The notes: generated from the sequence alone by a model not told the origin. Shown: positions 10,199 to 20,800, counted from the stretch's first letter. The stretch: DNA of 64,000 nt from Candidatus Anstonellales archaeon (GCA_038896535.1 JAWACY010000002.1:91002-155001), one strand, 5' to 3'. A program made the numbers and translations.

Positions 10199-10729
10199 AT
10201 GCCAAGAAAAAAAACAAATGATAAAGAAAACAATGATAAGGAGATGAAAAAAGCAAAAGGTATTGATAAAAAAGAAGAAAGGCGGGATAAAGCACATAAA
10301 AACAAAGAGCAAGACTTTGAATACACAAGTTATGACAAGCTTATAGAGAGGGCTTACGAGCTATTGCCATCGAGTAAACAAAAGGCTGGGGAGAGGTTCC
10401 AAATGCCAGAAATGGACATAATAATTGAAGGAAATAAAACAATAATAAAAAATTTTCAGCAGATAGCAGAAAAAATAAGAAGGCAAAAGGGTGACATTGC
10501 TGCTTATTTAAAAAAAGAACTTGGGGCTCCAGTAAGGGTAGAGGAAGCAAGCTTGGTAATACAAAAGAAAATAAAGCCGGAATTTTTAAAAAGAAAAATA
10601 GAGCTTTACATAGAGGATTTTGTCATTTGCCAAGAATGTAAAAGGCCAGATACGCATATTGCCTCAATACAGGGCATAAGATTTATAATATGTGAAGCTT
10701 GCGGAGCAAGAAGGGCGTTGAGAAAATGA
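10199..10729 (+). CDS. eif2b: Translation initiation factor aIF-2 beta subunit
   Basis: ERF.MP, GNKTII.NF, KELG and C..C..PDT...C.ACGA zinc ribbon. Confidence 0.95.
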   Translation: MPRKKTNDKENNDKEMKKAKGIDKKEERRDKAHKNKEQDFEYTSYDKLIERAYELLPSSKQKAGERFQMPEMDIIIEGNKTIIKNFQQIAEKIRRQKGDIAAYLKKELGAPVRVEEASLVIQKKIKPEFLKRKIELYIEDFVICQECKRPDTHIASIQGIRFIICEACGARRALRK

Positions 10730-11031
10730 AGAAGGATGAAATTAAAAATGAGGAAATAACTCATGTTTTATTGCCAAAAGGTAATGAAGTATTTGGCTTA
10801 ATACTTTCTGAGCTTGGCGGAGCAAGGTTTGTATGCCTATGCTCAGACAAAAAAGAAAGGATATGCAGAGTTCCTGGCAGGCTAAAAAGGGATGTATGGG
10901 TTAAAGAAGGCGATTATGTAATAATAAAACCTTGGGATGTTGAAGGAGATAAAAAAGGTGACATAATATATAGATACAGGCCTTTAGAAGTTGAATGGTT
11001 AAGAAAAAAGGGCCTTTTAAAAGAACTCTAA
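10726..11031 (+). CDS. eif1a: Translation initiation factor aIF-1A
   Basis: LGG....C.D...R.CRVPG....VW...GD.V...PW...KGDI.YRY; ATGA overlap with the upstream stop. Confidence 0.95.
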   Translation: MKKDEIKNEEITHVLLPKGNEVFGLILSELGGARFVCLCSDKKERICRVPGRLKRDVWVKEGDYVIIKPWDVEGDKKGDIIYRYRPLEVEWLRKKGLLKEL

Positions 11032-11046
11032 TAATGGCTGTAAAAA

Positions 11047-11739
11047 ATGGCAGAAAGATGGAAGATAGAGGAACTAGTTTTTGATAAGAGGGCATTATTA
11101 ACAATAGCAAGGATAATGAAAAAAAATATAATAGCAAACATAGACTTTCCCATCTCGACTGGAAAAGAAGCAATAGTATTTAGAGCAAAAACAAAAACCG
11201 GATTTGCTGCTTTGAAAATATATAAAATAGAAACAACTCATTTCATAAAAAGGACTGATTATTTATATGGTGATCCAAGATTTAAGCATGTTAAAAAATC
11301 AATTGCTGATATTGTTTATGCATTCACAAAAAAAGAGTACAAAAACTTACTCATAGCAGAAAAAGCAAAAATAAATGCTCCAAAAGCATATTACCAAGAG
11401 AAGAATGTTATAGTCATGCAATTTTTAGGAATAGATGGACTGCCTTTCCCGAAGCTTGCAGAATTAAAAGAAGTTGAAAAAGATTATTTTTACTCAATTA
11501 TTGAAGATATAAGAAAGTTATACAAAGCAGGGCTAGTGCACAGCGATTTAAGTGAATTTAATATTCTTGCTGGTGATAAGCCATATATAATAGATTTTGC
11601 GCAGGGCGTTTTAACATCGCATCCTTATGCTGATGTATTTTTGAAAAAGGATATTGAAAATATCGTTACATTCTTCAATAAAAAAGCCAATATAAAAATG
11701 GGTATAGAAGAGGCATTAAATTATGTTAAAAACAATTAG
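11047..11739 (+). CDS. rio1: RIO1-type serine kinase
   Basis: ISTGKEA.VF, GDPRF, HSDLSEFNIL and IIDFAQ motifs. Confidence 0.93.
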   Translation: MAERWKIEELVFDKRALLTIARIMKKNIIANIDFPISTGKEAIVFRAKTKTGFAALKIYKIETTHFIKRTDYLYGDPRFKHVKKSIADIVYAFTKKEYKNLLIAEKAKINAPKAYYQEKNVIVMQFLGIDGLPFPKLAELKEVEKDYFYSIIEDIRKLYKAGLVHSDLSEFNILAGDKPYIIDFAQGVLTSHPYADVFLKKDIENIVTFFNKKANIKMGIEEALNYVKNN

Positions 11740-12571
11740 CGAATGGGCAAAGTTATTCAGAATAGAGCATGGCATAATGCTTAGCATATCTGCATATATA
11801 GGATTAAAATTAGCTAAATATGTGAATGAATTAAACATCATATTTTACATGCTTGTGCCATTGCTAATACAGATGGGGGCTTTTGCATTAAACGACTATT
11901 TTGATATAGAAGCAGATAAAAAAAATAAGAGATATGAAAGGCCATTAATAAAAGGCACAATAAAACCAATGCATGCTTATATTGCTGGCATCACATGCCT
12001 TTTTATTGGCATCATTACATCAATGCTTATAAATGAAAAAGCATTTTTATTTGTCATATTTCTGGCTGTGCTTTCATATCTTTATAATACAAAATTGAAA
12101 GACATTGCAATAGTTGGAAATATATACATTGCATTTACAATGGCTGCTCCTTTTTTATATGCCTCAATAGCAACGAACAGGTTTAACAATGCTCTTATGC
12201 TCATATCAATTTCTTCCTTTCTTATCGGGCTTGCAAGAGAAATAATAAAAACAGTGCAGGATTATGAAGGAGATGTAAAGGCAAGAAAAAGTAAAACATT
12301 GCCCTTCTATATAGGAAAAAAGAACAGCATGAATTTAGCATCATTCATTTTGCTCCTATTCTTTATACCAGCTTTTATTCTCTTATATGAACTGCATACA
12401 AATTATGATATAAAAATGCCTTTTATTTTTACTTCTCTTTATATAATATCAATAGCTATTGTTGCTTACTGCCTTGCATATGCAATAAAAGATATGCATT
12501 ATGAAATGATAAGAAAAATGACTTTATTTGCCATTGCACTTACTCTACTTTCACTAATATTGGGGTTGTAG
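11723..12571 (+). CDS. UbiA-family prenyltransferase, probable digeranylgeranylglyceryl-phosphate synthase
   Basis: NDYFDIEAD..N...RP and REIIKT.QD.EGD motifs; multiple TM helices. Confidence 0.85.
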   Translation: MLKTISEWAKLFRIEHGIMLSISAYIGLKLAKYVNELNIIFYMLVPLLIQMGAFALNDYFDIEADKKNKRYERPLIKGTIKPMHAYIAGITCLFIGIITSMLINEKAFLFVIFLAVLSYLYNTKLKDIAIVGNIYIAFTMAAPFLYASIATNRFNNALMLISISSFLIGLAREIIKTVQDYEGDVKARKSKTLPFYIGKKNSMNLASFILLLFFIPAFILLYELHTNYDIKMPFIFTSLYIISIAIVAYCLAYAIKDMHYEMIRKMTLFAIALTLLSLILGL

Positions 12572-12634
12572 GATAACCTGGTAGTCTGCTGCCTTCGGGA
12601 GGCAGAGGTCCCGGTTCAAATCCGGGCATCCCCA
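12562..12634 (+). tRNA. tRNA-Pro(CGG)
   Basis: GGGGTTG/CATCCCC acceptor (one U-U mismatch), CTGCC-TT-CGG-GA-GGCAG anticodon arm, CCCGG-TTCAAAT-CCGGG T arm. Confidence 0.93.
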
Positions 12635-13149
12635 TTTTTAATGGCACCCCTATTTTTAATAAAAAACCTCGTAAACGGCTTAGCATAAAAAATGCCATTG
12701 CTAAACAATACGTCAGATATGTAAATATCAATGTTGTCATATTCAATAATAGCATTTTTCACTTCATATTTGCCTTTATCGCTACATAAATAAAGCTTAT
12801 TATCAGATATGCTTGATTTTGCATACACATTAAAATAGCCCCTACCATTTAACTCTTCAAGGCTTAAAAATTTCGAATGCTTTATTACTTCAATGACTGA
12901 TAATGGAGTTGTGTATATAGCATTATTTCTTATTTTTGCATTCATTATCTTTATTTCATCTCTTGCTTTTATATTTTTTATATGCATTGGCAAAGCATAA
13001 ACAAATGCTTTATTGTTATTCTGCATAATACTGAATCCATGCCCATAAACATGTAAAACAACTGCATTTGATATTTTTACATGGTCAAGTTCTTTTACTT
13101 TATATATGTCATTTAATAAAAAATCAACAGCCATAAATAAATAACTCAT
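12616..13149 (-). CDS. Hypothetical protein, probable tandem OB folds (RPA-like)
   Basis: Two beta-rich units ending I.I.NA.I.....Y.T..S.I.V and I.I.DV.......A..FT. Confidence 0.55.
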   Translation of the reverse strand: MSYLFMAVDFLLNDIYKVKELDHVKISNAVVLHVYGHGFSIMQNNNKAFVYALPMHIKNIKARDEIKIMNAKIRNNAIYTTPLSVIEVIKHSKFLSLEELNGRGYFNVYAKSSISDNKLYLCSDKGKYEVKNAIIEYDNIDIYISDVLFSNGIFYAKPFTRFFIKNRGAIKNGDARI

Positions 13150-13179
13150 GCTTTTTTAAACTTTATTACAAAAAGTTTT

Positions 13180-13872
13180 ATGGCATTTTTTAAAGATAGA
13201 ACTTATTCCTTATCTCCTTCTTCCTTAGCTTTATTCAAAGAATGCAAAAGATGCTTCTGGCTTCATATAAATAAAAGGTTTAAAAGGCCTACATCTGCAT
13301 TTCCTTCATTGCCATCTGGTATAGATAAACTTATAAAAGAGCACTTTAACTATCATTTAGAAAGCGGCACAAGGCCAAAGGAACTTTCATTCTTATCAGA
13401 AAAGATAAATCTCTTTTCAAATAAAGAAATACTTAAAAAATGGATGGCAAATATTGAATGGCAAGACGAAGAAGGAAATAAGTTAAATGGTAAAATAGAC
13501 TATCTTTTAGAAGATGAGGAAAAAAGGGCTATAATAATAGATTTTAAAACAAAGGGCAGTTATGTGAATGAAAACGATGTTAAGAATATAGAAATTTTTT
13601 ACAAACCGCAGCTAGAGATTTATGCATATTTAGTAATGAAAAACGGCTTTTATGTGAATAACTATGGCTATTTGCTCTATTTCTACCCTAAAAGCATAAA
13701 TGAAGACGGAAGCTTCGTATTTGGCATTGAAGGAAAAAAAGTTATGCTTGATATTATGCAAGCAGAAGCATTATTTAAAGATGCAATAGAAACATTAAGG
13801 GGCCCATTGCCAGAAAGCAGCAAAACATGCGATTTCTGTTCCTGGGCTGATAAAAGAGCATATTTTATATAA
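13180..13872 (+). CDS. PD-(D/E)XK nuclease, RecB/Cas4-like
   Basis: SPSS...F..C.RCFW, G.IDY....IIDFKT, QL.IY and C-terminal C.FC motifs. Confidence 0.88.
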   Translation: MAFFKDRTYSLSPSSLALFKECKRCFWLHINKRFKRPTSAFPSLPSGIDKLIKEHFNYHLESGTRPKELSFLSEKINLFSNKEILKKWMANIEWQDEEGNKLNGKIDYLLEDEEKRAIIIDFKTKGSYVNENDVKNIEIFYKPQLEIYAYLVMKNGFYVNNYGYLLYFYPKSINEDGSFVFGIEGKKVMLDIMQAEALFKDAIETLRGPLPESSKTCDFCSWADKRAYFI

Positions 13873-13917
13873 AGTACATTTTATACTTTTCTTAATAGCC
13901 AACTTTGTTCAAATAAT

Positions 13918-14496
13918 TTAAACTAATCTTTTGTAAGCTGTCAGGCCATAATGCCCTTTGAAAAACTTATAATTTGCATTATACAAAGCTCTTTCTAGTT
14001 TCGTGCCTCTTTTTTCAATTACATAATTTAGCTCGTCTTCTTTTGGATTTTCCCCGCATACACAAACAACGTAGTTTAATTTTTTCTCTTTTGCTCTTTG
14101 CTCTGTAAGCTCTATAAGCTTTTCTCTTATGCCATGTCCCTCAAATGCTATTAATATTGCTATATCCTGTAAGTATAGAGTGTTTGCTTCATTACAGCTA
14201 TATAGGGATTTTGTCAGCTCGTTAAAGCATAAAGGCCATGATAATGATAAACCAACTAAAAGTCTATCGACATATGCTCCATAACTCGTTTTATATCTTA
14301 TAATTTCTTCCAGCTCTTTTATTTCTTTTTCCCCTATTTCAAAAGCAGTCCTTCTCAGAACTGATACAACATCATCTATATCTTCTTTTTCCAATAGCTT
14401 AAATTCCGTCTGCTCACTATCAACTGCAAAACTCTTAATACGCCTTCTTTCTAATGCTATTGGCTCTTCTATCTTCTTTTCTTTTGTTTTTTCCAC
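13918..14496 (-). CDS. GNAT-fold acetyltransferase-like protein
   Basis: LYL.DIAI...FEGHGI..KL motif A-like segment; GTG start. Confidence 0.65.
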   Translation of the reverse strand: MEKTKEKKIEEPIALERRRIKSFAVDSEQTEFKLLEKEDIDDVVSVLRRTAFEIGEKEIKELEEIIRYKTSYGAYVDRLLVGLSLSWPLCFNELTKSLYSCNEANTLYLQDIAILIAFEGHGIREKLIELTEQRAKEKKLNYVVCVCGENPKEDELNYVIEKRGTKLERALYNANYKFFKGHYGLTAYKRLV

Positions 14497-14547
14497 ATTT
14501 TATATAATTGCATAAGTTTTTAAAGCCTTTATACAAATATTTTTTTA

Positions 14548-14597
14548 GTGATGACATGAACAACCTCTGAACATATGATGAAGCTGACAGCGTCTGA
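14548..14597 (+). ncRNA. Box C/D guide sRNA (predicted targets: 23S U2552-equivalent and 16S helix 34)
   Basis: C GTGATGA 14548-54, 12-nt guide, D' CTGA 14567-70, C' ATGATGA 14575-81, 12-nt guide, D CTGA 14594-97; TTTAAA 24 nt upstream. Confidence 0.9.
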
Positions 14598-14610
14598 ATT
14601 TGGTGGTAAT

Positions 14611-15027
14611 ATGTTTTTTGATCCTTTTGAATACATTGAAAGAATGAGAAAGCATTTTGATAAGCTATTTAAAAATAAGGAAGTTGGTATATTTACTATT
14701 GCTCCTGTCAATGCATATAAAGATGGTAGCAATGTTGTTTATGAATTTCATATGCCTGGGTTTAGAAAAGATGAAATAAAAATAAGTTTATATGATGGCA
14801 TAATACATGTAAAAGCAGAAAAGAAAAGTGATATAAAAAAGCATGGCAAGGAAAAGAGTAAAGAATATTTCTATGAGGAAAGGGCCATAACAAAAATGGA
14901 AAGAAAACTGCCTATTCCTGATGGGGCAATATTAGAAAAAATAAGTGCAGAATATAAAGATGGCATATTAAAACTTGTTGTGCCAATTAAAACAAGCAAG
15001 AATAAAAAAGACATAAGCATAAAATAA
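14611..15027 (+). CDS. hsp20: Small heat-shock protein Hsp20
   Basis: MPG..K.EI.I, ER...P and AEYKDGILK motifs, C-terminal I-x-I; ATG after GGTGG SD. Confidence 0.92.
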   Translation: MFFDPFEYIERMRKHFDKLFKNKEVGIFTIAPVNAYKDGSNVVYEFHMPGFRKDEIKISLYDGIIHVKAEKKSDIKKHGKEKSKEYFYEERAITKMERKLPIPDGAILEKISAEYKDGILKLVVPIKTSKNKKDISIK

Positions 15028-15311
15028 AAATAAGCATTTTATATTAATCATTTTCTATCAATCTATCCTGCAATCCAGTTTTTATTCTACCAAAATGCTA
15101 ACCCAAGATAGCCCACAGATAATACACAAGATAAATCAATAAAGTTAATAAAAAACAAATGAAAAAAGCGATAAACAATAAAAATAAAAAATAATAAAAT
15201 AATAAAAAAAGAAAAAAGAAAAAAATCAAAAAGAAAAAATCAACAAAAAGCAAATAAAAAAGCAAAACAAATGTTTAAAAATGTTGCATAACATAAATTA
15301 TTGGTGGTTTT

Positions 15312-17498
15312 ATGGTTGAGAAACTGCAAAGCCCTCCTCCAGCATATGAGGAAATAAATAAAAACACGAAGGATGAATCAAGAAAGCTGGCATTGGAAGC
15401 CCTTAACTCCCTCAGAAATAACCCCAAATTCAAACAAGAATGGTTAACAAAAGAATTAGGAGAAAAAATCTCATCAATAACAAAGAAAATAATAGAAAAC
15501 ACATCAGGAGAATCAAGAAAGTGGGCATTCGAAGCTCTTAACAACCTCCTACAAAACCCAAAATTCAACCCAGAATGGCTAAAACCAGAATTAGGAGGCA
15601 ATATATCATCAGTAGTTAATAAGATTATGAGAAACGATTCACTAAGTGAAGAGCAAAAAAGGGCCTCATTAAATAATTTAAATGGACTTCTTCAAAATGC
15701 AGAAAATCCCATACGGATATTGTCAGGACAAGGAGCCACACAACAAACACCAACAGTTAGAGGAGAAGTGGCAAGAAGAGCAAGGAGCCAGATGCAAAGT
15801 GAAAATTATTATAGAGGCATTTCTACTGCTCTGGCTTATTATTTAGTTGGTAAAACTAAATATGAATATTTAATAGCGGAGCAAAGGGATCAACTCCAAA
15901 AATATGGAGTTGATGAAAAAACATTTAATGCTTATATTAAATATTTTAGGGAAAAGGGGGTAAAAAGTAGCATTGTAGATAAAGACGCTTATATTAGGGG
16001 CGTGCCTTTAGAAGAAGCACTTTTTGTAATACTTGTAGTAACAGGGACTGGACCAGTTGGAATGGAGACAATAAGAGAGATAACTAAGAATTACAATGAA
16101 ACAAACAAAATGAAAGATATTAACGATTTATTTGGAGGGTCTTTGGCCCACTTAAGTCAACGAGGTGTAAGGGGAGCAAGTGGCTATAAACAGTATTTTG
16201 GTGGTGTGATTGATTATCTAACATGGGAAAGTCCTCAAACGCAAGCAGGACCTTTAGAAGCAATTGGAGATATATTAAGAATGGCTAATGATAACAGAAA
16301 GAATTGGGGAGAAAAAGCTGTAAAAGAAGCATTGGATAACATTAGGGGGCTACTGGCTCAACCAGCACCACCTAAAGTTGAAGAAGGAAAAGTTCCACCA
16401 GCAACAGAACCTATAATTGGAAGGCCAGGTGCTCCCCCTCATGCTGAACAACAACCTGCGCCTCCTATAGCAACACCAAAGCCCGCTGTCACCGCACAAC
16501 CACCAGAAAAAGTAGAATTATTATCGCAGGGAGATTTGCAGAAAATAGTTGATAAATTAAACCAAAATCAAAATAAACCGCCTTATACTAAGTATGGTGT
16601 AGATGAGAGTGAGAATAAAATTAATGTTGCTTATGAAGTGGTTAAAGTGTTGGGGCTTGGTGAAGGACTCACACAAGACATAGAAGAATCAAGAAGGCAA
16701 AGAGCAGCAGTTGATCATGCATATAAGATTATAACTAATTTATCACCAAATGTTGAGGAAAGGAGGCTTTATTTAAAGAATGTAAACCCAGCAGCATTTG
16801 AGGATTTGAGGAGAATATTAAGTGGAACATATGCTTCTAAACTTTTAGATGACATTATAGGTGATGAAGCTGGTAGAAAATATATAAACTTAAAAAACCT
16901 TGATGCATTATATACAACACTTACTAAAGATGGTAGACATGTGTTGATAAAAAGTTTATTGAACGCTGCTGGCGTTAATGAAAATGATTTCTTAGATTTT
17001 ATTAATTGGGATAAAGATAAAAAGGAAATTAAAAGTCTTAAAGACTTATGGGAAAGGCTTAGCGATGATGAAACAGGAGCAATGCTGGGAACTGCTGTGA
17101 TGTTTATTGCTGGGTATAAGGGTAATTATTTATACACATCTTATCGCAGCAGGGAGGGCGCAAAAACAGAAATAAGTTTTACTACAGAAGATGTTGAAAG
17201 CAAAATAGGCAAAGGTGGGGGAGTTGTATTAAGTATTAGGGCGCGCTATGGAAATGGACCAATAGAAACAATAACAGAAAAAGAAAAAGGAAAGGGGCCA
17301 ATAAGTGAAGAAGATAAGTCAGCACAACCAAGTCTAACGCCTGGCGGTGGAGGGGCTGAGACCCCCCCCACAGCGGAGGGAGGAGGAGAAGGAGAAAAAA
17401 GAGAAGGAACAGAAAGCCAACAACAAGAAAAAAAAGAAGAAAAACAAACAGAAACACCACAAGCACCAGAAGGACCAGGAGGACCAATAACACCATAA
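15312..17498 (+). CDS. Large orphan protein with N-terminal 45-aa helical repeats, Pro-rich linker and acidic/Gly tail
   Basis: 728-aa ORF, GGTGG SD, no signal peptide. Confidence 0.75.
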   Translation: MVEKLQSPPPAYEEINKNTKDESRKLALEALNSLRNNPKFKQEWLTKELGEKISSITKKIIENTSGESRKWAFEALNNLLQNPKFNPEWLKPELGGNISSVVNKIMRNDSLSEEQKRASLNNLNGLLQNAENPIRILSGQGATQQTPTVRGEVARRARSQMQSENYYRGISTALAYYLVGKTKYEYLIAEQRDQLQKYGVDEKTFNAYIKYFREKGVKSSIVDKDAYIRGVPLEEALFVILVVTGTGPVGMETIREITKNYNETNKMKDINDLFGGSLAHLSQRGVRGASGYKQYFGGVIDYLTWESPQTQAGPLEAIGDILRMANDNRKNWGEKAVKEALDNIRGLLAQPAPPKVEEGKVPPATEPIIGRPGAPPHAEQQPAPPIATPKPAVTAQPPEKVELLSQGDLQKIVDKLNQNQNKPPYTKYGVDESENKINVAYEVVKVLGLGEGLTQDIEESRRQRAAVDHAYKIITNLSPNVEERRLYLKNVNPAAFEDLRRILSGTYASKLLDDIIGDEAGRKYINLKNLDALYTTLTKDGRHVLIKSLLNAAGVNENDFLDFINWDKDKKEIKSLKDLWERLSDDETGAMLGTAVMFIAGYKGNYLYTSYRSREGAKTEISFTTEDVESKIGKGGGVVLSIRARYGNGPIETITEKEKGKGPISEEDKSAQPSLTPGGGGAETPPTAEGGGEGEKREGTESQQQEKKEEKQTETPQAPEGPGGPITP
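15375..15610 (+). repeat. 135-nt intragenic tandem repeat (ESRK.A.EALN.L..NPKF..EWL..ELG..ISS)
   Basis: Units start at 15375 and 15510; a degenerate third unit follows. Confidence 0.85.
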
Positions 17499-17880
17499 AA
17501 TAATAAATACAGAACAGAGAACAGGACATTCGGGCAATGAGGGGGTTAGGTAGGATTGTTAGGTGGGGGCAGGGGGAGGTTGTTTTAGATGGGGTTATTT
17601 GGGCGGTTGGTTATTTATGAATACTGATGGAGAGATAGGATAAAAAGAATAAAAAGTTGAGCTTATTATATCACTTATCTTATGATATTATAGAGTAAAT
17701 AGATAAAGACAAATAAAATCAATGAGAGATGAAAAAAACACGATAACAGATTTGGGGAGAAGTGTTAAAAATAAGAGCGTGTGCTTTGTATATGGGCTGT
17801 TTTATCTCAAAAAATATCTCAAAAAAATCAACATGCGGAATTATATAGTATAAAAAGCAATAAAAACCAAATAAAATTCA

Positions 17881-20800
17881 TTATTTCTCTTCTTCAAGTT
17901 TTTTCTCTAATGCTTTCAAATCCTCAATGAGTTTATCAAATGTTTTTTGTTCGGATTGCTCTCGGAAAATACTAGGGGCACTAACCCTCAAAAAATTAAA
18001 GTACTCTTCATACCTGCCGCTGAAATCTCTAAAACACAGACCAGGCATATTATAAAGATCGTTTATATCATCCCTCATTTGGTTTTTGAATTCTTGTGAT
18101 GTTGTTTTTTTAGTGGCCATTTCTTGTGCTGTCTTTAGAAATTGCGCCTCATAACTATCTGGCACTAGTAAAAAATATGATTCAACACCATCTTGACCTA
18201 TTTTTCCTCCTACTGCTTTTATATAACCTAACGGATTATTTACGATAGATGTATAAAGATTTATTACCTTCTTGATTGAACTAAACTCCGTTTGTTCTTT
18301 TTCTGCTTCCTTTTGTTCTTGTGTTGGTTCTAGTTTTTTGTATAAATCGTTAAATAATCTTGTAATTTCCCCTTCGTTGCCAAGCAATTTTTTCAACGCT
18401 TCATATTCACTTTCTCCCAATATCTCTTTAGCGAGTTTTCCGTCTTCTACTTCTAGTAAAGGAGTATAATAATATATAATGGGCTCTAAATTCCTCAAAA
18501 CTGTTAAAACATCTTCAAAATAGCTTAAATAAGCATTTCTTATTTCACTCCTTATTTTAGATATTTCAAGCAACACATGATATTTAGCCCTTTCTGACAA
18601 ATTAAATTTTTTCAGCTTCTCAATTAGTCTTCTCTCTTCTTCCTTTAACTCATTTATTCTGTCTTTGGTTTTTTCCAATGCCTCGTTATTCAATTTTTCT
18701 AATTCATTTATGTAGTTATTTATTGTTCCGCTGTCATATTTTGATAAAAAATCATGTAATGAAACCTGCTCTCCGTTAAAATAAAACCTATAATGAAAAG
18801 GCGTAAATGGTTCTTTAATACCAAGCAAGCTTAAAAAAGGCGACAAAAGTGGCACTCTTGCTTTTTTCTCATCCTCATACTGTTGTTTTACTATTTCTCT
18901 AAATCTATTATCGATCTTACTAATCACATTGTCTTTATCTAAACCAAATTTCGTTGCAAATGACTCCGCAATTCCAGTCTTTATCTCCATAAATGGCGCT
19001 GCACTACCATAATTAACCTTAAAAAACATGAAATCTATTAAAGCTCTATAATCAAGCTTAATATAATCAGCGGCTTCCTCAATAGAAACACCGTATGTTT
19101 TTGCAAGCGCTAAAATCCTTCTTACGGAATAAGAAAGAGCACTTATTACATCCCCTGTATAATTCCATTTCCTTTCATATATAAGAGCCCCTACATCTTT
19201 CTTAAATTTTTCTATGTTGCTTATTCCACTCAATTTTTCTACTGCTTTAACCAATACCTCAACAACATCGCTTTCCTTCATATCGCCAGAAAGATAAAAA
19301 ACAGGTGAGCTGGGGTTTCGAATATCTATTTTTGTACTGAGATATGTTATTATTGCAGCCATTTCTCTTATTTGTTCCGGCTTTAGAGTATTCAGGTTAA
19401 CAAGTTTATTTAATCTTACGTATCTCTCCCTCATTTTTTCTGCTATTTTTTCTCTTAACGTTTTTCTTGCTTCGTCTCCATTATAAAAACTATAACTTAT
19501 CCATTGCTTCTTTTCCTCTTCCAACTCTTTTATCTCTTTTTCTCTTTGCCCCCTTATTATATCCCATGCTTTCTTGAATGCTTCCCCTCCTTGTTCAACA
19601 AGAGTAAATATAAATTTCGGTGGAAAGCCAAAAGTTGATATATCCTCCAATTTCGATATTGATGCAAATTGCAATGTTTCATAAAATGCTTCTAATGATG
19701 CATACACATAACTATTCTTGCCAAGAGGGTTTTTTCCATTTTCCAGTGCTTGCAGGATTCTTTCCATTAAACCCTTTGCTCTTATAATATCACCAAAAAT
19801 AAGAAGTTTATAAACAATTTCCATATGTTTTGACAGATCTTCTGTTTTTTCTATTTTTATCTCAGTCTTCAACAAATTATCTGCCAACACTGCAGTTCTC
19901 TTATAAAAATCAAAAGCCGAACTTAATACGTTCTTAGCTGCTTCCAATGGGGATATGCCAAGTTTTTTTATGTATTCTAATGCTGCTTCACCTGTATAAA
20001 CTATAATCTCTCCTGATTTGCCTGTTTCTACATAAATCATACCTCTTGCCCTTATATCTCTTTGATATTCACCACTAAATGCATTATTTACATACATAGC
20101 CAAAATATAAAATGCTGCCATTTGTGTATTTGTAAAAACAAATTTCCCAGATCTTATATTTAATGCGCCAGCCGGTGTTTCAAGGCTTAATTTACCGCCA
20201 GCCAGCCACCTAAAATCGAGTAAATCCGGGGCTAATGTAATGCCTGCATATGGCCCAAACTTATGAGACACTCCTGCTAAAAATTCTTCAACCTCGGCCT
20301 GAACATAAGGGTTCCATTGTGGCACTTCTGCCCCAATTGCAACGCCAGAACTAGAAGTTGGAACTTGCATTCTTCTGCCTTCAGGATGTGGTATTTCTTG
20401 TATTGTTCTTTCTTCTACCCTAACTCCAAATCCAGCTGTTGGTTGGAGCTTTTCTGTTGGGGTAATTATCACACCGAAACGAGGGCCTGCCTCTAACCTT
20501 TGTTCATAATAATTAGTTATTGCTGTTGTACCTCTGTTTATAAATACTTCCTCTAAAGCGTTTTTAATATCTTCCAAATTCGCATGTCTATTTTTTGAAC
20601 TCTTGTAAAGAGATTCAACTAGGCCCTCTAAATCTCCTTTTGTAAGATAAACAGTACCCCCCAACAGTTCTTTTATCTTCTGTAGTTCTCCTTCTGATAG
20701 TAAAATACCGCCAGACCCAGCCAAAGCTTGTGGGCCAGCTAATAAATCAATAGGTAGAACAAATACTCGACTCTCTTGATCATATATAACTACTTCCTTG

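Noticed and set aside
14575-14610. ORF-track N-terminus of Hsp20 (MMKLTASEFGGN)
   Set aside because: The ATGATG is the C' box of the C/D sRNA; the SD-supported start is 14611
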